A DNA stretch of 63,550 nucleotides, filler included, from Lenisia limosa (lineage: Eukaryota; Protista; Breviatea), in NCBI GenBank assembly GCA_001655205.1. It is 10 parts of 10 records of this genome, joined end to end, with 100 filler letters (N's around TTAATTAATTAA, not from the genome) between each part and the next. Parts side by side here need not be neighbours in the genome. Positions count along the whole stretch, not along the records: positions 1 to 17,232 come from LPNZ01010141.1; 9 more parts are not named here. One strand, written 5' to 3'. A model generated the notes under the pieces. The model searched no databases and had not been told where the DNA came from. It saw only the letters and a list, made by a program, of their open reading frames with translations. Below are positions 1 through 12,489 of the stretch, one piece after another; position 1 is the stretch's first letter, and each line of letters starts with the position of its first letter. The position numbers and the translations under genes were made by a program.

Positions 1-668
1 AGACATCCCAGTATAATAAGATAAACAAAAGGTGTCAGTACGGTCATAACTTTTCAATAAAATATGAACCACAATCATTATTGGATGAGAAACATGTACC
101 ATCAATAGAGTACTAAAAACAAAAAAAAAATAGACCACTGTTTCTTCTTCTTGGGGTTAGTAGTAGCCTCAGTTGCGCGGCGCTTGTTCCTTGACACCCT
201 CTACATTTTCAAAAAAAGGCTAATATATTTATCATGATGTGATATCAAAAATATGTCACTCTTGATGCAAACCTTTGGGCCGCAGGAGAGGCTATGAGCA
301 GAATCAATTCGCTTTTTGCGAAGTACAGTCTCCTCAAGGTCATCTTGCAACGAGTTGGCCCGTCTTCAGTGAAACAGCTCTCTCACCCTTCTCATATGAT
401 GGAAAATCAAGATTAAATACCAAAAATACTGAGGATCAGGACTATGGGGAGAACATGAGGATTGCATTTCTTCACACAACATTATTGCATACCTTGTACA
501 CTGGGATAATGTCAAAGGATGACAGTTCTTCGGTGACTGGGCCAATTGCGACAGACGGGGTTATAAGGTTACAAAAAGCGGAAGGATTGCCTCTGAATAG
601 GCATTTAGCCAGGTCCGGGTTCTGAAGAAGAATAACTGAAGAGACTGCGGATAAGCCTTCGATGAATG

Positions 669-1193
669 CTATTTCGGTCTCGCCGAGAGCTTCTTCTGAA
701 TTTTTGATGCTAGTAGCAGCGCAAGAGATGATGTCGCAATTGCGACCTCCTTGGTGAGATTATCGATCCCAGGTTTTGCTCTGGTTTCAGTTTGGAAAAC
801 ACACTGGTCAAGAATCGTACTTCGGGTTGTGAAAGTTGGGAATGTTGATGATTTGTTGAGGAATGGGGCACTGAGAGGGGCGGTTAAATTGTCATCAAGG
901 AATAATGAAAGAAAGAATCCGGAAGTGAGTTCTGCGTAAGTTGCTCCAGGGACATAGGCGGTGTGGGGGGTAAGAAGGGGGGCATGGGTACCATCAGTCG
1001 TAAAACCCACAGCAGACATGGATGCTTTCAAGGCTGATGGGGATACGTGATGGAGTGAAACTGATATCACAGTAGCCAGTTGGTGGTAACGGAGCACTCT
1101 AGAATTGTAAACAAATATGTCAGACAATTGGAATATCAGCAAAAATACGAAGTTATAGTTATCTCGATACAGTATTGAAGTGATGGATTTCAC
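669..1193 (-). CDS. Hypothetical ORF (174 aa), possibly part of a degenerate multi-exon gene continuing toward ~290
   Basis: Open frame in the ORF track. An alternative frame continues past the stop (TEIAFIEGLSAV...) to a GTATGC donor-like site near 490. No motif recognised. Confidence 0.25.
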   Translation of the reverse strand: MKSITSILYRDNYNFVFLLIFQLSDIFVYNSRVLRYHQLATVISVSLHHVSPSALKASMSAVGFTTDGTHAPLLTPHTAYVPGATYAELTSGFFLSLFLDDNLTAPLSAPFLNKSSTFPTFTTRSTILDQCVFQTETRAKPGIDNLTKEVAIATSSLALLLASKIQKKLSARPK

Positions 1194-1509
1194 CGTAAAA
1201 CTCTAAATAACTCACTTGGAATCTACAGCCTCGGTACCCAACTTCCTTCTTTTGATGACGTCACTGCATTCCTCTTCCGAGGTTTCTAATTTTAGTTGTA
1301 TTCTTCCTGTTATTGCACACAAATATTCTAACTTCCTTCTATGTGATAATATGGTAAGGTGACACGTAATTGAGTGTGAAGAGGACAGTTATGCTGGCTT
1401 TTCTGGTCAGATCTCTCTGGGATCCGGACCAAAGCCCCAAATTAATTACGGTTTGTCCCTTGGGGAAAGCATTGTATCAAATGAAGAGAAGTAATACATT
1501 ACGCTTAAA

Positions 1510-2870
1510 CACCTCATTAGTGCAGGTATTTCTTGGCTTGTCGAAGAGAGCCCCATCCACCGTCCTGCATAACCGCTCAAGCGATCTCCTTTTCGTTGCG
1601 AAGGACGGTAGCACGAGTGTGACGGAGTGAGTGGATGGTGAACTTTCCAACAGCCTTGTCGTCCACTCCTGACTCCTTCAGGTCGCTGCGCAAGATGTTG
1701 TACATGGTTCTATTCTGTACGATTGTTTCCGTGTCGGCCAGCAGAGACAGCTCGGTGGATATTGGCTGGTTAGCGGCGGACTGGGCTTGGAGGGCTCGGA
1801 GAGTACGGACGGGATCATGATCAGGGAGGGGAGAGGACTCGTGTAAAGGTGACCCTTATTGTTATTTTTTTAAAAAAAATTGTGAACCAAACTCCTCAGT
1901 GGTCCTAGTAACGGTGAGCTCTTTGCGCATCTGGAATGTGTTATATAACAAGTGGATCGCTTACAATAATTAGGGGTTTCACTTTTGGTTCCGAAACACC
2001 TGTAAAATATCGATATTTATCGAGGATTTATCGAGAATTCAGTCTTTTTTGGAAAGTGAAGCTCTAACAATTAGGGGTTTCAAACAAAAAGTTATCCATG
2101 GAGCACATGGACTCACCTCGGTGGAAAGGAAGTCATTGACCTGTAACATCGTCTATGTGGCCATCTGAGCGGCAGTAACCATTCTGAAATGGTCAGCCCA
2201 AGAAGGAATAAAAAATACAAAAAAAATGGATAAGCAATAAAAGTGACTGGGGAGTGAGAGGATTCTTGGTAAATTTCACCGTCAAACTTGATCATCAATG
2301 GTGGGGCCTCTCTCAAGGTCTTTGGTGGTCGGGGGGAGGAAATCGCCCATGCGACAGATTCCGAAGTGAGAATGTTCTTCTTGTTGGGGCCAATCGGGGA
2401 GCGGGTGCGTACGAGCTGAACTGGGCGGACGACATATCGGGGCCTGCTTGACTGGCTTGGACTTGTTGGCCTTGTTGATGCTCAGGGTCATTCTGGATAA
2501 TTATGGTATGACTAGTAATCATCTTTGGCTGGATAACGTCAGGGGTGGGGCTGGCCATTTATGGCTGCGTAGTGGGCGATAGCGGAAATATAGCTTGAGC
2601 AGGTCTGTCTTTCATGCGCGGGGAGAGATGTAGGCCAACCATAATTTAACCTAAAATGTTTATTATAACAATGATAATATACTTTCTCTTCTGTAATGGG
2701 AAGTGGTTTCATTTTCACTTCCTCGCAGCAGTCCAAGTACTTGATGCCAGACTTGTATGTTTTCACAAACGCTTGAGCTCAATTTGTCTAAGGTATGAGA
2801 TTTCAGTAGCGTGGTACATATTTTCACATATATATGTCTATTTTCCGCTACCCCTTTATGATAATGGAAT
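1510..2870 (-). pseudogene. DIRS-type tyrosine recombinase, interrupted by a ~390-bp insertion (~1851-2243)
   Basis: N-terminal KTYKSGIKYLDCCEEVKMKPLPITEEKV and SYISAIAHYAAING; box I-like SYAPAPRL; DPVRTL; C-terminal KFTIHSLRHTRAT...DGGWGSLRQAKKYLH* (H-x-x-R, GxW, catalytic Y). Contains internal stops and frameshifts. Confidence 0.88.
1971..2066. mobile_element. MITE family A (~95-100 bp, TA-flanked, TIR GGGYTTCACTTCGG)
   Basis: Imperfect terminal inverted repeats and an internal ATATCGA/TTATCGAG core. At least 15 related copies in the window. Confidence 0.75.
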
Positions 2871-2989
2871 GAGTATTGGGATACAGTATGACACTTGAGA
2901 TGGACTTAGATAAATATAAATACATCGTAAGAGAGTGACACAGTAAGGGGGGGACATTGTTATTTGAGCCATGTCAGGCTGGGTTGAAT

Positions 2990-3790
2990 GCGGGTTAGGC
3001 CTTCGGAGTCAGCGATGCCTTCTTGACGCCAAATCTGGCACCGCCGCGGTTCCACCTGATAATCAGTTCAAAGTTCAATGTTATCATCCAATGGTCACTT
3101 TGTTGTCGCATCCAACAAGCATTGACGTCATTGGGCCGAATTTGGAGCCGAACTCGTCGTAACCGATGTGCATGGCAGCGAGCTCGAGGATGTTAATGTG
3201 ACGTTTTTGGAGGTTGGAAGGGATGGGGATGGAGAAGTACTCCTCAGTGATGGAACTGGCGTCGGTACATATCAGCACCTTGGAGGGTCCCCTACAGCTT
3301 CAGTTGATGTACAAAAAAAAGGAGATCATAAAGGTTTATTCTACATGCCATATTGCAAGTTGGATGTTGTATTTCGCCAACCCACCCATGACGCCTGGCC
3401 AGAGTGGACGCCAATACGGACACTGACGGACTTGTCATCAGGTGACTTCACGTGCTCCATGCACTGCCAAGGTCAGATACAAAGTTCAAGGCAAGCCCTT
3501 TACAAACCTTGAGGTCGAGACTGAGCGCTAGCATATTTTGGCTGCGTGCGTATCGATGCGCACAGGGGCACCACCAATAGCGAGCCACGCTTCACCAGAA
3601 GTCTCAAGCTGAAAGCAGTGAAGTTTCTCTCCCACCATATAGGAATATTCTGCTCAGACACTTGGGAGGGGTATTCGAGGGTGAGGATTCCGGACCAAGA
3701 GGGGCACTGGAGGAGGAGGTCAATCCAGGCTTGGAGGGAGATGCGTGAACTAGATGACAGGGGCGGTGCTTGTCCTTATCCTTAGATCTC
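2990..3790 (-). pseudogene. Reverse transcriptase / DIRS-type RNase H remnant
   Basis: RNase H motifs ICTDASS...HINILELAA...VGCDNK, then LNFELIIRW and VPDLASR (NxxADxxSR-like) across frameshifts. Upstream AWIDLLL may be a decayed YxDD (weak). Confidence 0.8.
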
Positions 3791-4350
3791 TTGCTGACCT
3801 CATCATTCAGGACTTCGTGAGTCGTCTCCCGATAGACAGGACTTTTGATTCAAAGTGTGACTTTTGATAAAAATACAATTCGGTTTGAATTTTGTGCGTT
3901 ATAATTATATGTTCAGGTAAAAGAATCATATTAATTTTAAGGAACTTTAAGGGAATTTTGCGTGGTAGCATAACATATTATACATTATCTGATATATGAT
4001 ATGTACATGTTTGTATGAATTATAGTATTTAATACATACACCCCCCCCCCATTTGTTTTGACTGCTACAGCTGACAAACTGCCTGAATTGTATGGAGAAT
4101 TGCTTTGAATCTCTTCCATTCGATTTTGCCTCATCATCTAAATTGCTTTTTTTTAAAAGCTGTAAACTCAAGGTTTGCTTTCACAACATACACATATCCC
4201 CTTGGGGCACTTGGACTTTTTTGAAAACCCCCATTATTGCCCTTTTAATCATTATGCATTTTATTCAGTATATAAATAATAATAAAACAGAGGGGAATGT
4301 AGTTATGAATATATTCAACATTTCCGTCATTCTGCCAAAACTATCGGGTG

Positions 4351-4432
4351 AATTAATATTATATACTATAATCCAATATCTCTTATAAGCGTGTTGGTGT
4401 GGACGGCTTCGGCCAGATACATCCTTATTTTT
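4351..4432 (+). repeat. Dispersed repeat family B (~80 bp, ATCTCTTATAAGCGTGATGGTGTGGACGGCTTCGGCCAGATACAACCTTG)
   Basis: At least 12 copies or fragments (4351, 22775, 33602, 35005, 36136, 37285, 39022, 53625, 54412, 56420, 59362, 60608). Confidence 0.85.
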
Positions 4433-4489
4433 ATTTTTTCTCATTGCTACATGTACATAATGATGAAACTTCCTTTTATGTAATACTGT

Positions 4490-4945
4490 GGTAAGGTAAC
4501 ATGTAGAGTGTGAAGAGGACATCTACACTGGCTTCTCTGGTCAGATCTCTGAGATCTGGACCAAGGCCCCAAAACAACTCTAATTTTTTACTTTTGTCCC
4601 TNNNNNNNNNNNNNNNNNNNNNNNNNNNNNNNNNNNNNNNNNNNNNNNNNACTTGTCGGAGAGAGCCCCATCCACCGTCCCGAATACCCGTTTCAGGCGA
4701 TCTCTTCTTTTCGTTGCGAAGAACGGTAGCACGAGTGTGACGGAGTGTGTGGATGATGAACTTTTCGGCAGCCTTGTCATCCATCCCTGACTCCTTCAGA
4801 TCGCTGCGCAAGATGTTGTACAGTGCTCTTGTCTTAACGATTATTCCGGTGTCGGGCCAGCAGAAGACAGCTCGGTGGGTATTGGTTGGGTGCCTGGGGG
4901 CTCGGAGAGCGCGGGAGGGATAGCCAGATGCGCGAATTGTCGTTT
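4490..4945 (-). pseudogene. DIRS-type tyrosine recombinase C-terminal fragment plus 3' region, copy 2
   Basis: ALYNILRSDLKESGMDDKAAEKFIIHTLRHTRAT...RDGGWGSLRQ; aligns by eye with 1300-1830 and 12290-12770. Confidence 0.88.
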
Positions 4946-5959
4946 CTCTTCTTCCGGTATGTTTTTTTTTTGTTACTCTACTAACAATCAGACTCAAGGT
5001 CGCTCCCTCAAGAGCTACTATCCTAAATGACCCCGAATCCTGCAGTCTCCTTTCGTGTAAGTACTATGGAAACTTATATCATCTTGTTTTTTACCTTGGG
5101 TTGAACCCACCCTTTTTATTTTTATGACATGAATGGGCCGTAAGAAGTTCACGTGGAATGACCAAACTCTTTTCCAAGACAACACACACGCACTGAGTCA
5201 AGACGATTCCATTATGATAAACGTTACACTTCAGAAACCAGCCACCCCCCTCACCATCTTCGCTTAGGCTTATTTCATCCCCCTCCCCCTGAGAAGTCCG
5301 AGCTTCGCGATGCAGACGATGACCCTTGCCCGACACTGTTTAAGGTATTTTCTCGCCGAAGTAAAATTTATGACTTTCTAGAAATGACTCCGGTATTGTT
5401 GGAACATGTTCTGCATGGGAAATCCGTTCCATTCGCATCGGGAGTCCATGGTGAGTCTGAGGAGGGCCGGTCTATAGCCAGAAGCGGTATGAGGTCTTGT
5501 GGTAATGTCATTATCGACGCAGCTCGAAGGGTATGTGGGTATTGCTAAACGGATCTGGGACAGCATGCGAGACGATGAGGTTGTCAAGATCAAGGCCTGG
5601 AACAAGAACGGCGTGTAGACCAGGATATTGATGACGTGATAGACTGCAGTGCCAAGGCAAAAAGACCCAATCGTAAGTGTTGCTTTTTGTTTGGACATAA
5701 ACTTTTGAAAACATCCTTCGGCTCCACGGTGTAAAAGGTTATAGGTCTGGGTCTATGCTTTCAATTGATTTCTTCATTATCTCTCGACAGTTTCTCAAGG
5801 GTTTCCGAAAGGAGATCTACGAGTTCAAGGATGGCAAGATCATCATTAGTGCTGACACGCTCCAAGGCATGAAAGCGAAAGCGAGAAATATTTGGTTGGA
5901 TAGAGGACTCCCCGGTGACGGGGGAGTGAGGGGAATTTGTGAATTGTACCGTCATGCTA

Positions 5960-6330
5960 GCACTCCGCTTCTCAGGAGCTCTTTCTTGATTCATGAATAA
6001 ATACTGTTTCTATTAACTTGTTCTCAGGATCTTTTGTGTTTCTGATGCCTTCTGACTTGCATAAAATACGAAAGAGTACCAAGTGAGAACAAGGTTATGA
6101 AGCACATGGCGTAACATGTTATGATTGTTTACCGCTCTAAACGTATAATGTACCTTATTTCATTTTTTTGTGAAGTGGTCCCTGTAACCTTATTTTGGAT
6201 ATGCCCTATGTGTTTTATGTTTAGATGAAAGAAAAGCGAAAGGAAAATCTATTTGCTACATACTTCCCAGCTCTTCACATACAGTTTAAGAAGATTATTT
6301 ACCCTCTCCAATTAGCACCAGAACGTGCTA
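5960..6330 (+). repeat. Segment paralogous to 49520-49760
   Basis: Shared blocks GGATCTTTTG(T/C)GTTTCTGATGCCTTCTGACTTGCATAAAA..AGTACCAAGTGAGA and CAGTTTAAGAAGATTATTT(T)ACCCTCTCCAAT with divergent spacers. Confidence 0.8.
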
Positions 6331-8576
6331 GTGGTATTGCCACATTCGTTTGATTCAGTTTTCTAAAGAGTGAACAATGAACAGGAGATGTTCTAATTTT
6401 ACTAAGTTTATAACACGTACTATATACATATGATTTACTTATGTAGCTATTAGTCCAAACATTGGGTACTTCTTGGGGTTTGATGATAAAAACATTCAAA
6501 AATGTGAGAAAATAATGGTTGAAAAAAGGAAACAAAATCACTTCATAAATAGGTACAATTTGTTTTGAGAGAAACTCGTCGAAATCAGTTGAGCAGCAGT
6601 ATCTTCAATATCCGTTGAAGAATCAACTTTAGACAATTTTAATATGACAATCCGTTACTTCAATTCCTCAAGTTAGATCTGTCTACTCTATCATTTATTA
6701 TTAAGAAGAGTAGCACAAATCCTAGCTAATCGCGGACCCGTAAGTCTTTGATGTGGTCTTCTGACGCCCATCTTCTTTATCCGTTAACCGCAAGTCCAAC
6801 CCGTACTGCCGAGGTGGATTATGGGGAAAAGGGGTCAATAGAAATTATGTTTACTGAAAATGCCGTCAAAGAAAGGGGAACTTAACAAAAAGTTAGCTTA
6901 ATCAGAAGAAGACCCTCATTCCAGCAGGCTCAATTTGGCGAAGGAGGGCAATATGCTCCGGAGTTGGGTCAAGCAAGGCAGTATTTGGCTTAGGAGGCCC
7001 TTGGTCTTTGTCTAACGCTCTCTTGCTGAGCTTACGAGCTCTCTCCGTCTGAAAAAAATTAAAAACTTCAAAACAGAGTGCTACAAACCTTCTCCGCCAT
7101 CAAAGATGTAACTAACTGATAAAACCTTACACTTGAGACTAAAAACAGGTTGGTGAAAGGAAATGAAAACGTTTTTGAAATTGGGGTATGATTAATATTT
7201 TTCCTGGGGAGTCAATCTCTCAAAATGACGGAAAAGGGCTTCTATTTTCGGTAATACCTCTCATGTTAAAAACTGGACCAATATGTGTCCAGTGCTTTTG
7301 ACAATAGGATGAACAATGTTATTGGAAAACGGTTAGTTTAAGAGGCTGTATGTAGCTCATTAGATATCTCGTCACTGATGAGATGTCGGAGAGTTTATTG
7401 CCAAATCCAGTTAAAACATCTTGTTTTAATAGTTATTTCATCCTAAGCTTTTGATGTACGGAATTGGGACAACAGGAGTGGGCATAATGGTCTGTTTACA
7501 ACATGGTACCCTGTATAACATCGACCCCGAAGAGTTTGTAATCGTACCCAGCAACGCCGGCCGGATACTTCTTGAGGTCTAGGGGTGATTGTAGTTTTAA
7601 ACTCAGTACATAAGATTGTTTTGTATTTGTCTTCTGATGTTGATATGTACATGGTTGGATGAATGTCACCACTCCCTAGCCTCTGTCAGAAACTTAGTGC
7701 AACATGTGTCGAAGTCGACAGCGTTTGTAAATGGCGATTGGTATTCTGAGCAAACCCTTGGAGATAGATGAGCAAGAATGTTCTTTTGCCTGAGGTCGTG
7801 ACTTCTTAATTGAGGCGAAGGTATTGACACCATTCACATCTTCACTCTTTTGCCTTGCTTCTCGCTCTCTTCGCAGGACTATGTGACCTTGAACAACGTG
7901 ACATGTGTAGATGAACAGAATAATCTGGATTGTGAATATTACCGTCATGATAAGCATTGCGGTCAGTTGTTCGTAACAGTATGATGCATGATAGCAATGC
8001 CTACGATCGGTATATGAAGCAGTGGGGTTAGTAAGACAAGTAGGATTACTTGTTATGCAAATTGACTGGTACAACAAGGTTATTTCTATACACGGAAGAT
8101 AGACTAAGTATGTGTACGACATCGAACCTTAATCCGGGGTTTAATTTCAGAGCTCTCTGGTAGAATAAGGATTGGGGTGTTTTATTTTCATAAAACGCCT
8201 ACCAACTGTTGACAACTTATAGAGTTATTTTACATCACCTATGCTTTAATAGAAACGTTAATATTGCCAACATGATTATGGCCAAAATGGCGTGGTAGGT
8301 TGTGTCTGGTGGCTCCTCCTTGGCTTTTATTATAGGGACGATTAAACCACTATCGTACGTCGCTGTTCTTATTTCGTACCCCTGTCAAGTTCCATTTCTC
8401 CTTATGTACGAGCCTCGAGGGAGAGTCATTCAGTGATACATTTCTGTGCTCGTAGATGGTATCCCCTAAGATTCGCATGCCACTCTGTCTTGGTTTACTG
8501 AGATGTATTGTGCGCTCTATCTAATATGACGATATGGATGTTGATTTGTCCCAAAACACTTGAATCTTTACTTTAT

Positions 8577-8790
8577 ATATGGTCTGGTCCGGTCCGGACC
8601 AGTCCAGACGCCCAAAAAAAACAAGTGAAAATGATCAAAAAGGAACAAAAAGAAGGAAAAAAGAATACTAAGAGAGAAAAAATGAACTCGTTTGGGCTTG
8701 AACCGAAGGTCACAATAGTTTATACTGTTTTTTATCCCATGCAGCCAAATGGAATCTAAAATTGAACACACTCAACCCAGACCTATATTT
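8577..8790. repeat. Block related to the terminal sequences of DIRS copy 3
   Basis: 8577-8670 (GGTCCGGTCC.. plus A-rich) resembles 14000-14078 in direct orientation. 8717-8790 is an inverted copy of 12111-12184. Confidence 0.75.
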
Positions 8791-9532
8791 TTTTCCCCTC
8801 CTAAAAAAACAACAAAAACAGCTGTTGGTGATATCTACTTTCAAAATAGCGTAATCCGGTCTTACATTTTTTTTCGATTTGACGAAGTGTTTGAAAGGGG
8901 TTGGTGTTCGCGTTTTTTTTTTTGGGGGGGAGGGTCAACAATGTGTGTACAAATCGCTCCTATTTTAGTGTGAAATTCGGCAGTTTTGAGTGCTAGACTA
9001 TCAATAACATCAAAAAAAGAAATTTTGAGCAAAAAGAAAAAAAAAATGAGGAGATAAAAAAATTGAAAAAGATCTTTTGATCAGAATCGAACCCTGCCGG
9101 GGTCACCCAGTTTCCTTTACGCGGAAATTTTTTTTGAAACCCCCCTCTTTCAGAATAATAGCATTTTGAGCCTATTAAAGTGCCCCACTATAGAAACGCA
9201 GATTTTTATGGCATCTTCTATCATATTTTCGCCCATTTATGGGTAATTTACGCTAATTTTTTGCCCAATTTATCTCGTATGCTCTACTTAAATGCCTCTG
9301 GGTTACTCAAGAGAAAAAAATCAAATCTGATGGTGCGAAACGCTCTTTTAAAACCCTGTTTAAAGGAGTGTTTCGGGCGATAATTTGCAAAAAATCCGAG
9401 AGAGGCGAAATAAGGAGCGTATTGGCTCAAAAATTGAAAGAAAAGCCTCCTTTTTGTTCGCGGTTTTAACTATATATGATCGATATATACTATAATATGT
9501 CGATTATATAATATTCAACTTATTGTTTTAGG

Positions 9533-9893
9533 AAGTAGGAAGACTTTGCTGTCCTAACGTAATTGGATTAAATATGAGCGAAAATTGTATCCAAACAATT
9601 GACTTATCCGGAATGCCTGCTCTCACTTCTGTTAACTTGAGCTGTAATATGGTAACAGTACCCTTATTTAAGTGTTCATCTTTTAGTTTGAAAGAATACC
9701 TGCATTTAGCCCAATTACGCGAGTTTCAGATTTGTATTTGCAGAATAATCGTATTTCTAAACTTGGAGCTGAATTGTCCGGAATGGCCATTAGCAAATTA
9801 GATTTACACAATAACCGCATTAGTGATGTTCCGTCTGTGTTTTCAAAACTTCCCAATCTCCAGTTTTTAAATCTATCTGGAAATCATATTAAG
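9533..9893 (+). CDS. Leucine-rich-repeat protein exons
   Basis: LNMSENCIQTIDLSGMPALTSVNLSCN, an intron (GTAACA..CAG), then NNRISKL...KLDLHNNRISDVPSVFSKLPNLQFLNLSGNHIK and a GT donor; LxxLxLxxN pattern. Confidence 0.8.
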
Positions 9894-12489
9894 GTACTGT
9901 TTTTTTTATTTTAGTGTCAAGTGGTGTGGTTCAGACTTTGGCGACTTCCGGGAGGGGGGCTATCCTCAGTGGAAACTAACCTATTATCTATAGACAGTGC
10001 AGAAAGAGCAGAGTTGAGACAAAATACAAACCTCGCTTGGACAGTTCTCAAACTACAAATCTGAAAAATGGCAGGATGATATTTGCTTTTCTCCGCAAAA
10101 CAACCAAGGATGCTGTACCCGGAAGCTCTTCATCGAGGGGATATGAGCTATCACACATACCCTAGGGACATTACATATAAATATCCCTTTTTTCATCGAA
10201 AATATGAGATTTGTCAAATAATATCGGAAATGTCATATTTTTCGGGAAATTCGTCATATATTTTCAAAACGACAATATATAAACAAATATCATATTTTAT
10301 GATACAAGAGGGCCGGGGGGGTAGGGGTATTAAGGGAGGGGGAAAGAAAGGAAACTTTTGTGACACGTCATCGGAATGTCAAAAATATGACGCATATGAC
10401 GCCCGAATATGGTAAATGTCAGATAAACAATGACGTTAATTATTTCAATATGGCATTATTTCATATAAAATTTGAGATTTGTCATATAAATATGATATTT
10501 GCCATATTTTTCTCTTCACTAAATAAGCGTTTCCCTTGTTTTTTCTCTCATATACAATATAACAGTTTTGAACCATATGGGCAAGAAGAATATAATAAGC
10601 AATAATGGGAAATACCTAATAATTTGAGTTCAGAAATGCATTTGGTAGACAGAGGGACACCACACCACACAGTAAATCAAAAAATATTTGACACATTATA
10701 TATATATATATATCAATCACCATCCATCCCCAAGAAGCTCCGTAAGAAGGCAGAAAGCAGACAGGTCTAAGGAGATCGTTCAGCCATTGAGAGAGATCTT
10801 ACGGGAAGATCCTGAAAAGGTTAATTTCCTCATCAAAATCTTATCTAAGCCAAAAGATATGCCCAAAAAGAAGGAAGAGAGGAGCAGAAGTACATAAATT
10901 TAACACAGCAAAATCTTAAGATCAGCTGATTTATTTGTACTTTTTTGCTCAATTGAGCCTAATAATAGCAAAAACCCTGCAACTTTAGAGAGGGTCGCCA
11001 AGGATCACGAAAAATTCTTGAAATCTAACGTTCTTTGTCGATATATTGTCCAGTGATCCGCATTTTGACCCTATATATATATACATGTATATTATATATG
11101 TTGATACTATATTATATAGTAATATTTATCAGATGGAGTATTATAACTCTATTATTCTCCTACTCGTTAAACATTTAGAGTCTTCCAAAATCTTTTGAAA
11201 AGATGACATTATTAAAAGAGCTTTCTGTAGCGTTTAATAGGTTGGTTAAATATAGTCTGTCTATATTAATATGAAAAATTGAGACGAAATAGATGCGATC
11301 ATATGTACATGTAGATTCATGTAATATATACAGTTACATGTATGACATATTATAATATGTAATATATACAGTTACATGTATGACATATTATAATATGACA
11401 GAAAAATGATGATGTATTATCTATCATGCTTTATCATCATATACTATATGTATACATGTATGTAGTACCTATGATATGGCGCATTGTAACATATCATACT
11501 GTCCATGTATCTATGGTTTTTCCATATTTGTAGTTTTTTTGGTGAAACTATTTTTTATTTTTTTTGCCTTTTTGTTCACTTCTCATCTCTATATACAATA
11601 TACATGTTGGTTTTATTAAACAGAATTTTGGCCATTTTTCAAACAATTTTGAACTCATGAGGCGTTGGTTTCAAGATGAGTGTTCAATCAATATATTCAT
11701 TCGACTATTTCGAAACATACTGTTAAAGGTATCTTGAACGGGTAACTCACGCGTTACGGTCGATTGTGTTCACAACCGGGATACTTCTCCTACAACGTTG
11801 CTCGTACTGAATATAATCTTGCATTCCTCAAGACGTTAACGATATCATTCATTCTCAAGTTTAAGTTTGTATTTATGACACCTCATCGAATAAAACTGAG
11901 GGCGCTTTTAAGACCTCACTGACCGACCGGACCGGACCGCTCAAACACAGAGGAGTTTTTAGTAGTTGTAATAATAAATATTTTGACATTGTTTCGTTTG
12001 TAATGTTTGAATTAGTCTTGAGAGCCATTTTGGAAGAGTATAAAACATCCTTTTCATCAATCCACAGTATTTTTTTTTTTTTTACATTTGAAAACCCCTG
12101 GAACTCAATAAATACAGGGTCTGGGTTGAGTGCGTTCAATTTCAAATTTTATTTGGCTGAATGGGATAAATAACAGCTTAAACTCCCGAGGTTGTTCAAT
12201 ATTTGTTGTTGCGTATCTTGAATAAACGATGTTAACCACACTTTAGCAGCTAAGTCGTGTTTTAGTCCTGTTATTGTACACAAATATTTTAACTTCCTTC
12301 TTTGTGATACTGTGGTAAGGTGACACCTAATTGAGCGTGAAGAACATCTCTGCTGGCTTTTTTGGTCAGATCTCTCTGAGATCCGGACTAAAACCCCACA
12401 ATAACCCAAAATAATTACGATTTGTTTCTGGGGGAAAGCATTGTATCAAATGAAGAGAAGTAATACATTACACTTAAACACCTCATTAC

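Larger units (their letters stand above)
1290..3790 (-). mobile_element. Degenerate DIRS/Ngaro-type tyrosine-recombinase retrotransposon, copy 1 (RT-RNaseH-YR plus 3' non-coding region)
   Basis: RT remnant, RNase H and YR lie in this order on the same strand. The 3' non-coding region 1300-1510 is shared with copies at ~4490 and ~12280. Confidence 0.85.

Noticed and set aside
669-1193. FLDDN as an RT YxDD motif
   Set aside because: No correctly spaced upstream RT motifs.
2117-2195. MVTAAQMAT as a mitochondrial-carrier fragment
   Set aside because: Only about 9 residues are similar and the in-frame continuation does not fit.
7460-7500. YAHSCCPNS as a SET-domain NHSCxPN motif
   Set aside because: An isolated weak match flanked by stops, with no other SET motifs.
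9078-9112. GGTTCGATTC (minus strand; a similar site near 8690) as a tRNA T-loop
   Set aside because: No proper T-stem, D-arm or acceptor stem could be folded.
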